Assembly: GCA_028534125.1 (NCBI GenBank)
Contig: CM052816.1
Span: 44,456,001 to 44,520,000, forward strand
Direction: 5' to 3'
Length of the DNA stretch: 64,000 nucleotides
DNA from: Lama glama
Lineage: Eukaryota
The translations under genes were made by a program, and so were the position numbers. The stretch's first letter is position 1; the number at the start of each line of letters is the position of its first letter. The notes beneath the pieces are model-generated. The model was not told the DNA's origin. It saw nothing but the letters and a program-made list of their open reading frames with translations, and searched no databases. This document shows positions 26,736 to 38,800 of this stretch, in pieces.

Positions 26736-28034
26736 CACTATCAACTTCTTATGGGCAGGGCCCATGGTTTGGCTTTTCCAGATGAACCCTGATGAAGTCA
26801 TGGCTCCCTGAAATAAGTCAAATAGAAAATAGGTATTTCATAACAGAAATTCTGCTCCCCACTGTGTGAGGTAATCCCCAAACCTCACTCAAGACCTCAT
26901 CCATTTCTCTGAGCCAAAGAGTGCTTGACCAAAGCAGAAAGGATGAAGAATCCTGTGGAATGTCCCAGACTTCTTACTTCTGAGCTTGTAGGTACATGTA
27001 CCTTGGATTTCTCAGCGTGATCTCAAATTATTCTGAGTTGATTTTAACAATCCAAATCTCTCTCTTAATTCAGCAGCAAATAATTGTTGAAATATTATAT
27101 TTTTGTTTCTCTCCCTCCCTCCTTGAATGTAAAATTACTCAAAAAAGATACCTGTGGATAAATGAATGCATTTTGCTTTATTAATGGGATCAAAGTATCA
27201 GACTTTCATCAGCATTTTAAATTAATGAGCCTAATAGGTTTTTTTTTTTTAGGACCTATTCAAATTGTGTTTACAATTTGGTCACTCACATATTTTAAGA
27301 GTCTTTAGTATGTTTAAAGTTGTTTAAATATCTTTCAAATCTCAGGACTCAATAAATTGATTTCTTTGTTCAACTTATGCATCTTTAGGGGATGCTTATG
27401 GAAAGAAGAAAATATTCACTAACAAATAGTGTGATGTGATTGAGGAGTCTGAAGCCATGTCCGAGGTCTATCACCTTTAGAGGTTAGTTGAAAAAAACAA
27501 TTCTCCTGATTCCAAAATGGGGAACTCTCTTCCCTCTCTCAGACTTGAGTATGGTGCTACTTGAGATGACTTTTTTCTAAGTTTGTCAAGAAACAGAGTT
27601 CACTGGTATTAGTTAAGACAAAAATAAAATCAACATTTTCCTGTGGAGTTCCACAGATTTATATTTTAAAACTGGCCTCTATACCTTTCTTTATAGGCTA
27701 TTCAGTAAAGCTTGCATGAAATTCTTCATGCCTTCCTGTGATGTTGCCAGAAATGCTAGAATCTCTAGAAAACCTGTCGGGAAAGGTAACTCTGTATCCT
27801 GCTATAATACACAAAGTTCATCTGCCTCTGCCGATGCAAAGGATATCTGAATTAAAAGAGCAAAGAGAAGTAGCAGCTTCAAAAAGTAATAAAGAATAAA
27901 AATGTGAATAATATTTTATTAAACTAACATGAAATACAGTTATAAAAACCTTGGAATGTTAGGACTAGAAGAGACTTTAATGCCCATCTTATCCAACCTA
28001 CCGAAGTGCAGAACATTTCCAAATTCACCAGCGA

Positions 28035-28300
28035 GGGTGCGATCAGGCAGATTTCTGGAGTCAGTCTTCCTGGACTCAAACCCTGGCTCTTCGGCTTTCT
28101 AAGCTATGTTCTATTGAGCAAGTAACCAATGAGCAAAACATGCTAGTAATACCAATATTTACCCCTCTGGGTTCTTACTTTCCGTCCTGTTATGGAAATG
28201 GAGATATTAACACTTCCTTTTTGTACAACTGTTGAGAGGAATGAAGAAAATATCTATTACAAACCAGTGCTCAATACTCAAGCTATTGTTATTATTAAAT
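28035..28300 (+). mobile_element. MIR SINE
   Basis: 'tctggagtcagtcttcctggactcaaaccctggctct', 'aaatggagatattaacac', 'gtgctcaata...gctattgttattatt'. Confidence 0.75.
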
Positions 28301-29589
28301 TCCATTACTATATTGTCCTCTTTTTTCAGACCTCATTCTAAGTGTAATCTATTTAAGGGGCGTGCTAAGTATTGGAGACAAAGCTTCAGGTATTATCAGA
28401 TCATACAGATGCAAAGTAAACCAAAATTATTTCACTCCCTTTTTGTAAACTATAGAACTTCTATTAAAATCCACAAATTCAATTTATGTTTTTGTTTGAT
28501 CTGTTATTCATACTATGATCACATTTTATTACTGAGTATTGTCCTGAAGTCTGAGTAAACTTTTTATTTAAAATATCATCTGTCCACCCCCTGATAAAGT
28601 CTCAAACATCTTCTAGTAAGCCAGTAATAACCCAGAAACCTACGCTGATACGTATCATTGAAAACAAGCACGAGAAATGAACACTGATGTCCAATCTCCT
28701 ACTAGAATTTCACAGGGATTTTCATCAACTAGAAACATAATATAATCAATATTTTAAAAATTGTCATTGTGTGCCCACTTCTGTTTGGATCATCTGAACA
28801 GAAGTAGAAATACTGTTTTCCCGTCCCACAAATCCTCCAGTAAAATAGTATAATATTAGTGCCAACCAGAACATAACATTTTTTTTTGAGAAAACTGGCT
28901 ACAGGTATTCATAGTCTCAATTCTACAATCTTTTTTCATTAGATGTATTTTTGCTCAAGAAATTTCTCCATATGTTATAAAGAAAGCCTACTGGAAGCCA
29001 GAAAATGAACATCAAACTTCTGATCAAACGAACAGTGAGTAGGGCTTCTGTCTTTATATCAATGTGAGGACTGGAATGTATAAATATTATTAGGCAAAAT
29101 AGATATTTTATATATATATATATATATTATATACACTGGCTGCATTATAGCAGTAGTCATAATTGGGATTGTAGTTAATTTACAGTCATTGTAATCCAGT
29201 GATAGAAAAAAACTGCCTAGCAAACTCTACTTGATGAACGCCTACGGGAAGCTCGGGACTGAACATCAAACTTTAGATCAATCTAACAGCGTAAGTCCAT
29301 GAGAAATCGTTACACCACCCCTTGTTTAATTGAGGGAAAAGCAGTTATGTGGTCTGCATGAAAGCAAAACCAAACCAAATCCACAACTTTCAGAACACGG
29401 GAGAAAGGGGGTCATATTGAAGACTCAATGGAGGATAAATTTTCAAATAAGCCTTAAAGGACCAGGACTTAAAGGACCAGGAAAAAAAGAGTAAAAACTA
29501 CTTTACATTGTCAAAGGATAAGAAAATCCTTGAAATAGGAACAGAAATATATTAGAAGACAAAAGATTGATAAGAAACTGCAACAGGAT

Positions 29590-30561
29590 TTTTTAAACAT
29601 TTTTTATTGATTTATACTCATTTTACAATGTGTCAAATTCCAGTGTTCAGCACAACTTTTCAGTTATACATGAACATATATATATTCATTGTCACATTTT
29701 TATCTCTGTGAGCTACCATAAGATCTTGTGCATATGATCTTGTGCATATTTCCCTGTGCTATACAGTATAATCTTGTTTATCTATTCTACAATTTTGAAA
29801 TCCCGTCTATCCGTTCCCACCCTCCACCCCCTTGGCAACCACAAGTTTGTATTCTATGTCTATGAGTCTATTTCTGTTTTGTATTTATGCTTTGTTTGTT
29901 GTTTGTTTTTTTTTTTTTTTTTTGGTTCCACATATGAGCGATCTCATATGGTATTTTTCTTTCTCTTTCTGGCTTACTTCACTTAGAATGACATTCTCCA
30001 GGAGCATCCATGGTGCTGCAAATGGCGTTATGTTCTCTGTTTTTATGGCTGAGTAGTATTCTATTGTATAAATATANNNNNNNNNNNNNNNNNNNNNNNN
30101 NNNNNNNNNNNNNNNNNNNNNNNNNNNNNNNNNNNNNNNNNNNNNNNNNNNNNNNNNNNNNNNNNNNNNNNNNNNNTGTTTTCCACAGTGGCTGCACCAA
30201 ACTGCATCCCCACCAGCAGTGTAGGAGGGTTCCCCTTTCTCCACAGCCTCTCCAGCATTTGTCATTTGTAGATTTTTAAATGATGGCCATTTTGACTGGT
30301 GTGAGGTGATACTTCAGTGTAGTTTTGATTTGCATTTCTCTGATAATTAGTGACATGGAGCATTTTTTCATGTGCCTATTGATCATTTGTATGTCTTCCT
30401 TGGAGAATTGCTTGTTTAGGTCTTTTGCCCATTTTTGGATTGGGTTGTTTGTTTCTTATTAAGTAGTATGAGCTGCTTATATATTCTGGAGATCAAGCCT
30501 TTGTCAGTTTCATTTGCAAAACTTTTCTCCCATTCTGTAGGTTGTCTTTTTGTTTTACTTA
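29590..30561 (-). mobile_element. Lineage-specific 5'-truncated L1 spanning the assembly gap
   Basis: Antisense ORF2 end (YTIEYYSAIK; SKTKRQPTEWEK) plus 3' UTR and tail. TSD core GCAACAGGAT at 29580-29589 and 30562-30571. Confidence 0.93.
30077..30176. other. Assembly gap (100 N)
   Basis: Run of exactly 100 N. Confidence 1.
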
Positions 30562-30944
30562 GCAACAGGATATCTTTAAAGGAGATGGATAAGTTATGAA
30601 AAAATTTGGAAAATTTTAAAAACAAAAATTTTAAAGCACAATAAAAATTTACAAATGATGGCAAAAAATGTCATTATGATATCTGCAGATGAGAAATATA
30701 AATTTTCTCAGACTCTAAAGGAAAAGCAATAATTGATTAAATGATAGTTGACAAAGACGCAAGACATGGATGGATGATAGAAATATATGGGAATAATTTC
30801 TATCCTGGAAGAAGAAATACAAAAATATTACAGAGGACAATATTCCTAAACAGAAACTATGCATATTTAATGGGATTCCTAAATTATAGTTAAAAATCAC
30901 GGAAGAACACCCCATTCTACAAACCATACTGATAATCTAGTTTG

Positions 30945-31640
30945 CATTACAAGACTTAACATCAAATGCTGACAAGGATGTAGAGTAACTTAAATTCTCA
31001 TCCATTGCTGGTGAGAACACAGAACAGTACAGCAAATTTGGAAAATCAACTGGCAGTTTCTCATAAAGCTAAACGTACACTTAAAAAGACCATCCATCAA
31101 TTCTCTTCCTGGGTATTTACCTGAGAGAGGTGAAAACACGTGTTGACACAAAGACTTGCACACAGATATTTACAGCAGCTTTATTCATAATATCCTCAAA
31201 CTATAAACAACCCAAATTTCCACCAAATTGTAAATAGATAAACAACCTGTAGTAGATCCATCCACACCATGTAATACCACTCAGCAATAAAGAGGAACCA
31301 ATTACTGATAACATTAACATGTATGAATTTCATTCATGGCATTATGCTAAAGGAAGAATATCAAGCTTTGTGATTGGCTTTTGTTGGATTCCATTTTGAT
31401 TCTAAAAAAAAAAATCTGGAGACAAAAGGAAGATCAGTTGTTGCCTAGGGCTTGGGGGTGGAGAGGGGGTTTGACTACAAAGAGGCACAAGGGAAGATTT
31501 TTGGCATTTAGAAAATATTCGGTATCATGACTGTGGTTACAAAACTGTATATTTTGTCACACTCAACAAATTGTACACCTAAAAACTGGTGAATTTTATC
31601 ATATGTAAATTAAACTTTAATAAAAGTAATTTTTAAAAAA
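30945..31640 (+). mobile_element. Old L1M ORF2 end and 3' UTR, nested in older L1 ORF1-like fragments (30575-30940, 31640-31900)
   Basis: 'atcaaatgctgacaaggatgtagag', 'cagcagctttattcataata', 'gtgaattttatcatatgtaaattaaactttaataaaa'. Confidence 0.85.
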
Positions 31641-32559
31641 GAATAAAGGAGAATCCACCAAGCATTTAGAAAATAATACATACAAGATTCAAACAAATGA
31701 GTAAGAAGTTTTGGACATTAGACTTTTTTCTCCTGCAGTATGAAATTCCAGAAGTCAGAGAATTTTGAAAGGGAAAGTTTGTGAACGAAGAATTTTACTC
31801 CAATTATAATTTCAGGTGAGGTTTAGAGAAATAAAAACTGATGTGAAACAACTGTGAAAGTATATCACATGTAAATGTGGAAGTGTTGGTGGATGACATA
31901 ATTCACTCACTCTATGGAAAGAATATTAATAACCCAGGATTTTGTAAATCATACAATAAAAACAATATTAATAAATACATTTTATCAATATAGAATACAC
32001 ACAGTACCATAAAAAATTAGAAGGAATGATTACTTCAGCAGACCATATCTGATTGGCTATTCTAATGTACTTACTTATACATTAATGTACCCTTTCTAAT
32101 GATACCTATCTGTTGCTTAAAAGTAAACTGCTTAATTGTTATCCCTTATTATGGAAATGAATATGTAATTGTACTGAAAAATTCTCCTGGAAGAACACTT
32201 GAGCTCTTAGAACTTAGTGTTCTTTGGTATCATAGCAAAGTAATCCACAGAAATTATGTATCTATATATATCTACATAGATGTAAAATACATAATACATA
32301 ATTTATATATGATTTTAAACTCACATGAAACAACTGAGAAAATAGATCACATGTATAAAAATAAAAATGCTGGTAGATGATGTAGGAAAATATATATAAA
32401 TCTATGTGTAAAACCAAGAAACAAAATATGTGAAAATATAGCTATTATTATTGGTGCCCTCCTGAATTTCTACATTTGCTAATTTTTTTTTATAAACCTG
32501 TACTACTTTTAAATTTAAAAAATAACAGTTCATAAAAAATTAGTTTTGGCCAGTCACTC

Positions 32560-33055
32560 TTATTAATCCATATAACTATATCTTTACTTATTTAAATGAT
32601 TTTTAGAACTAGTTAAGTTGATTTTTATTCCATTAGATTAGGTCCATTGTTCTGGTTAGTCAAACTTTTTTCAAATGGATCTAATTACTTAATATATTTA
32701 CTACCTCATCCAATTTAGTGTCACACACTAACTTGATGATCATGTCCTCGATATTTTTATCCAAACCTTAAGTTAATGCCAAGGACAGAGCCAAGAGAAA
32801 TTCACTCTAACTCGATATAAATTCATTCTTCAGGAATCTTTGGTTTCCCTCATTCAACTAATGACGAATTCACCTAATTGCCCGTGATTCACCTTCGTAT
32901 TCTTCCCCTCTTATTCACAAGTCTATGAGAAATTTAATATAAACACCTTATTGATTTTCACATATGTGCTGAGGATTACTTTGCTCTCATTAACTAATGG
33001 AATACACTTGTCAAAAAAGACTAGGTTAGTCTTAAATATCTTGTTCACCCCTGTA
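32560..33055 (-). mobile_element. CR1/L3 LINE RT-region fossil
   Basis: 'cttgtcaaaaaagactaggttagtcttaaatatcttgttc' resembles the antisense of the CR1 motif NKSCQTNLISFFD; 'ggacagagccaaga' resembles the antisense of GSVL. Confidence 0.6.
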
Positions 33056-34299
33056 TATCTAAATGAAAGTGTTGCTGATGAATTTATAAAAATGTCAAAA
33101 ATATGTAAAAAAAAAAAAAAGTCAGTTTATTCTTTATACCCATTAAATTAAAAACATTCACATTATCTAAAAATACTAAAAACATTTACCAGCTAAGTAT
33201 TATGAGAACATATAGCATATGACATGACATTAGAGTCAACTCACAAAATGCTTTTTAAAACTTTTAAAAGACTTTTAAAAACTTAAAAAATTTAAATATA
33301 TTAGGAAAAGAGCTTGATTGATAGTTGTGTACCCTAAGAATCAGAGATGACAGAAAAGGAATAAGGGAGAGAGTCTTTTAAGCAAGGAAACTCAATGCCA
33401 TTTAATTGTAACAAGCTACCCTGTTAAGGGATCCACAGGAATATCAAAAATCAACAAATACTATAAGCTTATTCTCATTAAAGAATACAAAACATAAAGT
33501 GGCCACCCCATGCACCATTCCTGTGTGCACTACAGATGTGCTATTATTTTACTACTTACATTATAAATATTAAGTCATACCTAGGAATAATCATTACTCA
33601 AAAAATAGTTTTAGTGATAAAATTACAGCTTGCTATTTTTGATGACTCTATTTTAACACAATCTTCCAGTAGTACTTGGTCGTATATGTACACGGCTGCT
33701 CTAATTGTGCATTCACAAGGCTAAAGAGTAGGAAATCAATTCTACTTCTCCAGTTCTACAGTGCACAGCATCGCCCCAGCTTAATGTTTCTCACTCAGGA
33801 ATTTAAGAGAATAGCTAAATTCTTTCATCCCTGGGTAACTCACAAAGATCTTCAGTCTTATCTCTGCCTAGTGGGTTATAAAAATTAATGCATCCCTTGA
33901 CTTAATAAAAGGTACATGAATGAATGAAACAGAACATAAATGAATGATCAGTTTTTCACTAAGAATTAAATAAAAGGGTGAAGGGGGGAAGAAGGAGGAA
34001 GTGGACTATCCTAGGCAAAATGTTTAAATCAACCATAAATTAATATAGTTAGGCAGGTTCCTGGATGGACTTACCTGTCCTAAGACTAAACAAATATGAA
34101 GATTCTGGGGCAAAGCTCAGGTAATATTTGTTTAGTCTATTCTCGAAATGTTTCTAGCAAATAGAATATGTCTTTAATATTTTAATTGAAGTATATGATA
34201 TACTGAGTATTTTAGTGGGGTTAAAAATTTGGGGTTCCATCAAATTGTATTTATAAGACACTATTTAGAAATGTTTGCTAGCGTGTATCCTAACTGGTA

Positions 34300-34470
34300 A
34301 CACTTTGGCTTTAAAGGAGATAAATCAGGGTTCAGATACAGCACTTACTAGCTATTGGATCTCAGATAAATAACTATCAGTGAAACTAATTTATTACAAT
34401 ATTTCAGAACAATAATCTGAATAAAGCAAATACCACTTAGTAGGGCTTGATAAATGCTGTCTTCTTGTTA
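34300..34470 (+). mobile_element. MIR fragment
   Basis: 'gggttcagatacagcacttactagctattggatctcagataaataac'. Confidence 0.6.
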
Positions 34471-35068
34471 TCTTTCATTCATATAGTTTACCATTCATTA
34501 ATATATACAACATATTTGGATCAGTTTATTTGTACTAACACATATTTATTCCTTGCTAATTTGCAGAATAAAATGTTCAAGCACTCAGAAAGTGACAAAG
34601 AAGTTTATGTATGTTTATGCTAACCACATTGTCTAAAAGAACTTCCTATATGAGGCTTTACTTTGTTTTCATCCTGTTAGCACGAGAGTGCTGTCCTGCC
34701 ACAATCAGAGAAGGTTGGAAGACTGTCATTTTGCAATGGATCAATTAAAAAGAAAAAAAGTGAAATAGTCACAGCTAATCCTGTTATCCTGTTGTAGCAT
34801 TACCACATGACCACACAGGGACAAATAAAGAGCTTGGCATTCCACAGATGCTAGAATTCTACCTTGTTCCATCCAACTTCATCCTCAGTTTGCATATGTA
34901 GTTTGGATTGCTTAACTGACCTCCCTGCCCCATGTCACCTCCAACTTCTGTAAAAGTGGATTGCCTATCTATAATTTTGTCCATTTAAGCAAGTTCCTTC
35001 AGTCTTAAATGTCCCTTCATATAAAGGAGAATAGGTTTAGATGGATGTTACTTCTGATTTCATTAAAC

Positions 35069-35287
35069 CAATAGTTTTTAATCAGGGGAAACTTTATCAT
35101 CACCTCCCACCCCACACACATGATATATGCCAATGTCTGGTGACATTTTTGTTTGTTACTGATAAGTAGAAGATGGAGGCCAGGAATACAGCTGAACACC
35201 CTACAGTACACAGGACAGACCCTCACAAGAAAGATTTCCCCTAATCAAATGTCAATAGTGTTGAAGTTGACAAAAGAGAAACTATAC
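35069..35287 (+). mobile_element. MER20 (hAT-Charlie DNA transposon fossil)
   Basis: 'caatgtctggtgacattttt', 'gaggccaggaatacagctgaacaccctacagtacacaggacag', 'aaatgtcaatagtgttgaagttg'. Confidence 0.88.
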
Positions 35288-35299
35288 ACTAAAAATAGA

Positions 35300-35520
35300 T
35301 GCTGAGAGCCATCAAGTAATATTCTAGGTGGTAACGGTGTGAGTAAGAGAAAATCCCTACTCTCATGAAGCTTACATTTTAATGAGAATAGAAAATTAAC
35401 AGATAAGTAACTAATAGTTTTAAAATTAGTAAGAGATATAAAAATAAAGCAGTAAATGTATAAACTGTGAGTACTAGAAGAAGTTGGGATGGAGATAGGA
35501 GCTAGTTTATTATTTTCAAT
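35300..35520 (-). mobile_element. L2 3' fragment
   Basis: 'aaaatccctactctcatgaagcttacattttaatg'. Confidence 0.7.
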
Positions 35521-35536
35521 AGAAAAACACATGATG

Positions 35537-35806
35537 GAGGGTGGGCATAGCTGTGAGAAAGGGCAGGGAGGGATAAATTAGGAGCTGGAGATTGACACAC
35601 ACATATCACTTTGTATAAAATAGATAAACAACAAGGACCTACTGTATAGCACAGGGAACTATATTCAACTTTTTGTAATAACATATAATGAAAAATAATC
35701 TGAAAAGAAACATATGTATATATACGTAAAACTGAATCACTTTGCTATACCTCTGAAACTAACATTATAAATCAATTACACTTCAATTAAAAAAAATTAA
35801 AAAAAA
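35537..35806 (+). mobile_element. 5'-truncated L1 3' UTR (artiodactyl-type) with A-tail
   Basis: 'aaatagataaacaacaaggacctactgtatagcacagggaactatattcaa'. Imperfect TSD: agaaaaacacatgatg (35521-35536) and agaaaaccatgatg (35807-35820). Confidence 0.9.
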
Positions 35807-38800
35807 AGAAAACCATGATGCTCATATCATGTTCATTCCCACCCATCCTTTCTCACTGGTCTTACTTTCCTTTATACAATTACCTTGGTTACAAATTAAG
35901 CAGTAAAAAGTCTACAGAAAACAAAACAAAACAAAACAAAAAACTATGGGAAAGAAAACAAAAGATACCTTATTTACTAAACACACACTTGCTAGCCTTC
36001 AGGCTATTTTTTGGTGACTTTTGATTATAGACGGCTTGATTTCATAAAGATTGGAAAATAGAGTTTTAATCCAAATATTTGCCTATAGAGATGAACACAT
36101 CTAGCTCTTAGGAGGATTTTACTTTTTTAAAAAAAAAACTTAAAATAAGATTCACATGAAAAATATTGAAGATGAAGAGTGAAAGCTAAAAAACCAGTGT
36201 TATCTAAAAACCTAGGTCAAAAATCAGTTAAGACAAGGGTAAGGGAAATGCAAAAACACTCAGGGCAAAATGATCTACTCCATGTAATTGTTGTTTATCA
36301 AAATCCACATAATAAGAGATGGAGCTGGCAACCCTTTTATACAGTAACTCAACCTGCATTGTGATTTAGAAACAGGTAATTCATGAGATTAAGGTGTCCT
36401 TTATATATCATCAGGAAGCAGTCAACCTAGAATGTAATCAATGTAAAATAAGCCATAAATTTAGAAAAGTTATGAAAGTATATTGGAAGAAGAACGAACG
36501 AGGCTGTAAAGGTGAGTACAAATGGACAACGGTCAGCAAGGAGCCTGTCCGGAGGTGTGCTGGGGGGGAAAGATGTGTCAGAGTGTCTCCCTCACTGTGC
36601 AAACACGTTGCCAACCTGTCCCCAGAGCAGGATGTCAATTCAGCTGATTCATCTTTCACAAACTTTCTGATTATAGTAAAAAGAGATGAAATGAACTATT
36701 GGTCCACAATCCAGGCTTCACTGAACCCCTTTTGTCCAGCACAAAGGCTCCTCAAAAATGGAAATTTTGTGTTTTATCTAAAAATACCTACTTGCATATT
36801 GCATTATTCTGCATACTCTATCAAATGCCTGTTTGTTTTGAAACAAATATTTTTAAATGGCTTAACTGTTTCTGGTTTAAAAAAAATGAAATCTTATAGT
36901 AAAATCAGTACTCTAAGGCTATGCAACATGTACCCACACATATTCTCGAAGTACTGTCACTTGGAAATCATAATTTCAGCTGCCAGCTGGAATAAAAATA
37001 TATATTCTCCTGAAGTTATGTTCATCATGTAGATTTTTCAGTATTAATTAAGTTTTTCAATTGCCTTGATTCTTGGAACAGGATCCCCTGACCACTGGAC
37101 ACCAATGTTTTGCGATGATAGCAGACTGACTCCCAATACAAATTAGTAAATTGGCATTTCCATTTACAAACCCATCTGAGAATGTTGGTTATATGACTTG
37201 CACATTTGTCTCTACTAATTATCATAATGTCAGGCTTTCACAGGGCTATAGTACCAGATGCTGTACCCCATGGTTCTGACTTAAGAGCATGATCTCGTGC
37301 AATTCATCTTTAAACAGGCTACCAGTTTGTGTCTATGTCCTGATTGGCTTCTTTGTGTGGAAGAAGAAACTCTGAGATGAGAGTCACAGAAGGGAACTAA
37401 TGTATCCTTCTCTCCCTGCCAACCCTTACTTTAAAACTTTAATTCCTAGACTACTTTTTCACTCTGTCATCCAAATAAAATTGCACCCATCTACCAAATA
37501 CCTTACTGTTAATGTTGAAACAGAGGGACAGTATAGTCTATTACAAAGAGATCTTAACAAAAGATCGATCCTACACGTGAAGACCCTCAAAATACACAAA
37601 ATACGTGCAACTGTCGATCTGCATCATGATTTGCAAGCTGTACAGTTCCGTTCGGTGAAGGTCTAGGAACAGTGTCTCAGTTGAACCCCGTGGGATCTCA
37701 GTTGTTGATTCATGCCTGTCCCATGAGAGCCTTTGCCCGGCTCCTTCACTCCTCGGCTCTCCTTTCCTCTCTTACTTTTCTCCGGACCAATCAATCTCCT
37801 TATCTCCTTTAGCTCTCTAATGTCTTCTCCTCTCACCCTGAAAGGTGGCTTTGTTTCATTTTGCACTTGATCTTCAGAAAAGGTAAATGTCATTCAAAGG
37901 TTTCTGTTTGTTATTAGAGGGGAGAACTAGAGCTGTGGATTCTGTGGGTAGAGAAAGGCTGAAGGGAACCCTTAACCAAGGCCTCCTTCTATCATCTTAG
38001 TCTTAACATGTGATAGGAAAATGTGGGAGTAGAGTGAGAATGAATGGCAATAAATATACAAATATATATCTACATAAGGCAGGCTTCTAAAAATATATCC
38101 ATTTAACTTGTAAACTTAAAAACAAACAAACAAAAATCCTGAGGTACCAGGAGCACTAGAATGAGCCTATATGAATGCAGGAAAAAAATATTAACAGGAA
38201 AGGTTCATCAGGGTCCTGTTGATATGTTTTCTTACATCCTCACTCCATCACTCTATAACACATTTTAACACACATAACCAGCAGGCATTTCAAGATGCAA
38301 TTCTTCTACTGCTGAAGTAAAGAAACCTGGAGCCAGAACTGATGATTCTCTATCAAGTCACCTAGTAGAAAGGTAATTGATTAATAGCCTGTTTGCCAGC
38401 TACAAGAGGGGGCATGGCAATTTAGATGTGTATGATTTCCTGACATGTCTTCTGGAACCTCTCAGTGATACCCAAGTTTGTTACCTCACTACCACTTGAC
38501 ACCTTATACTTACATTTTATTGTAGGATTAAAAGCTAGAATGATGGTTTGGAAAGGGAGAGTGCCATGGAAACTTCTCTAATAGAATACAGTATTGCTAC
38601 ATAGAGAAGAAATGTTAAATATGTTTGACTTTGTTGGAGCAGCCAAGATTTAAGTACAATGTTCCATGTAAGTTCACCATGACCCAACTATGAATAGACA
38701 TTTTTCAGTACGCTGCCAAGATTTCTACATATTTTGCCAATTGACTTAAGATTTATAATTACATGGTGACTTAAAATGTTGGATAAATATCAAAAACATT

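Noticed and set aside
27641..27732. Short palindromes (CTGTGGA/TCCACAG, GCATGAA/TTCATGC); also GTCATGAT-G-ATCATGAC near 52490
   Set aside because: Stems of 7-8 bp are expected by chance in 64 kb.
36394..37032. Longest ORF (212 aa)
   Set aside because: GTG start, no recognisable domain, and composition like translated AT-rich non-coding DNA. The internal AAG|GTGAGT donor (36511) lacks a convincing upstream acceptor.
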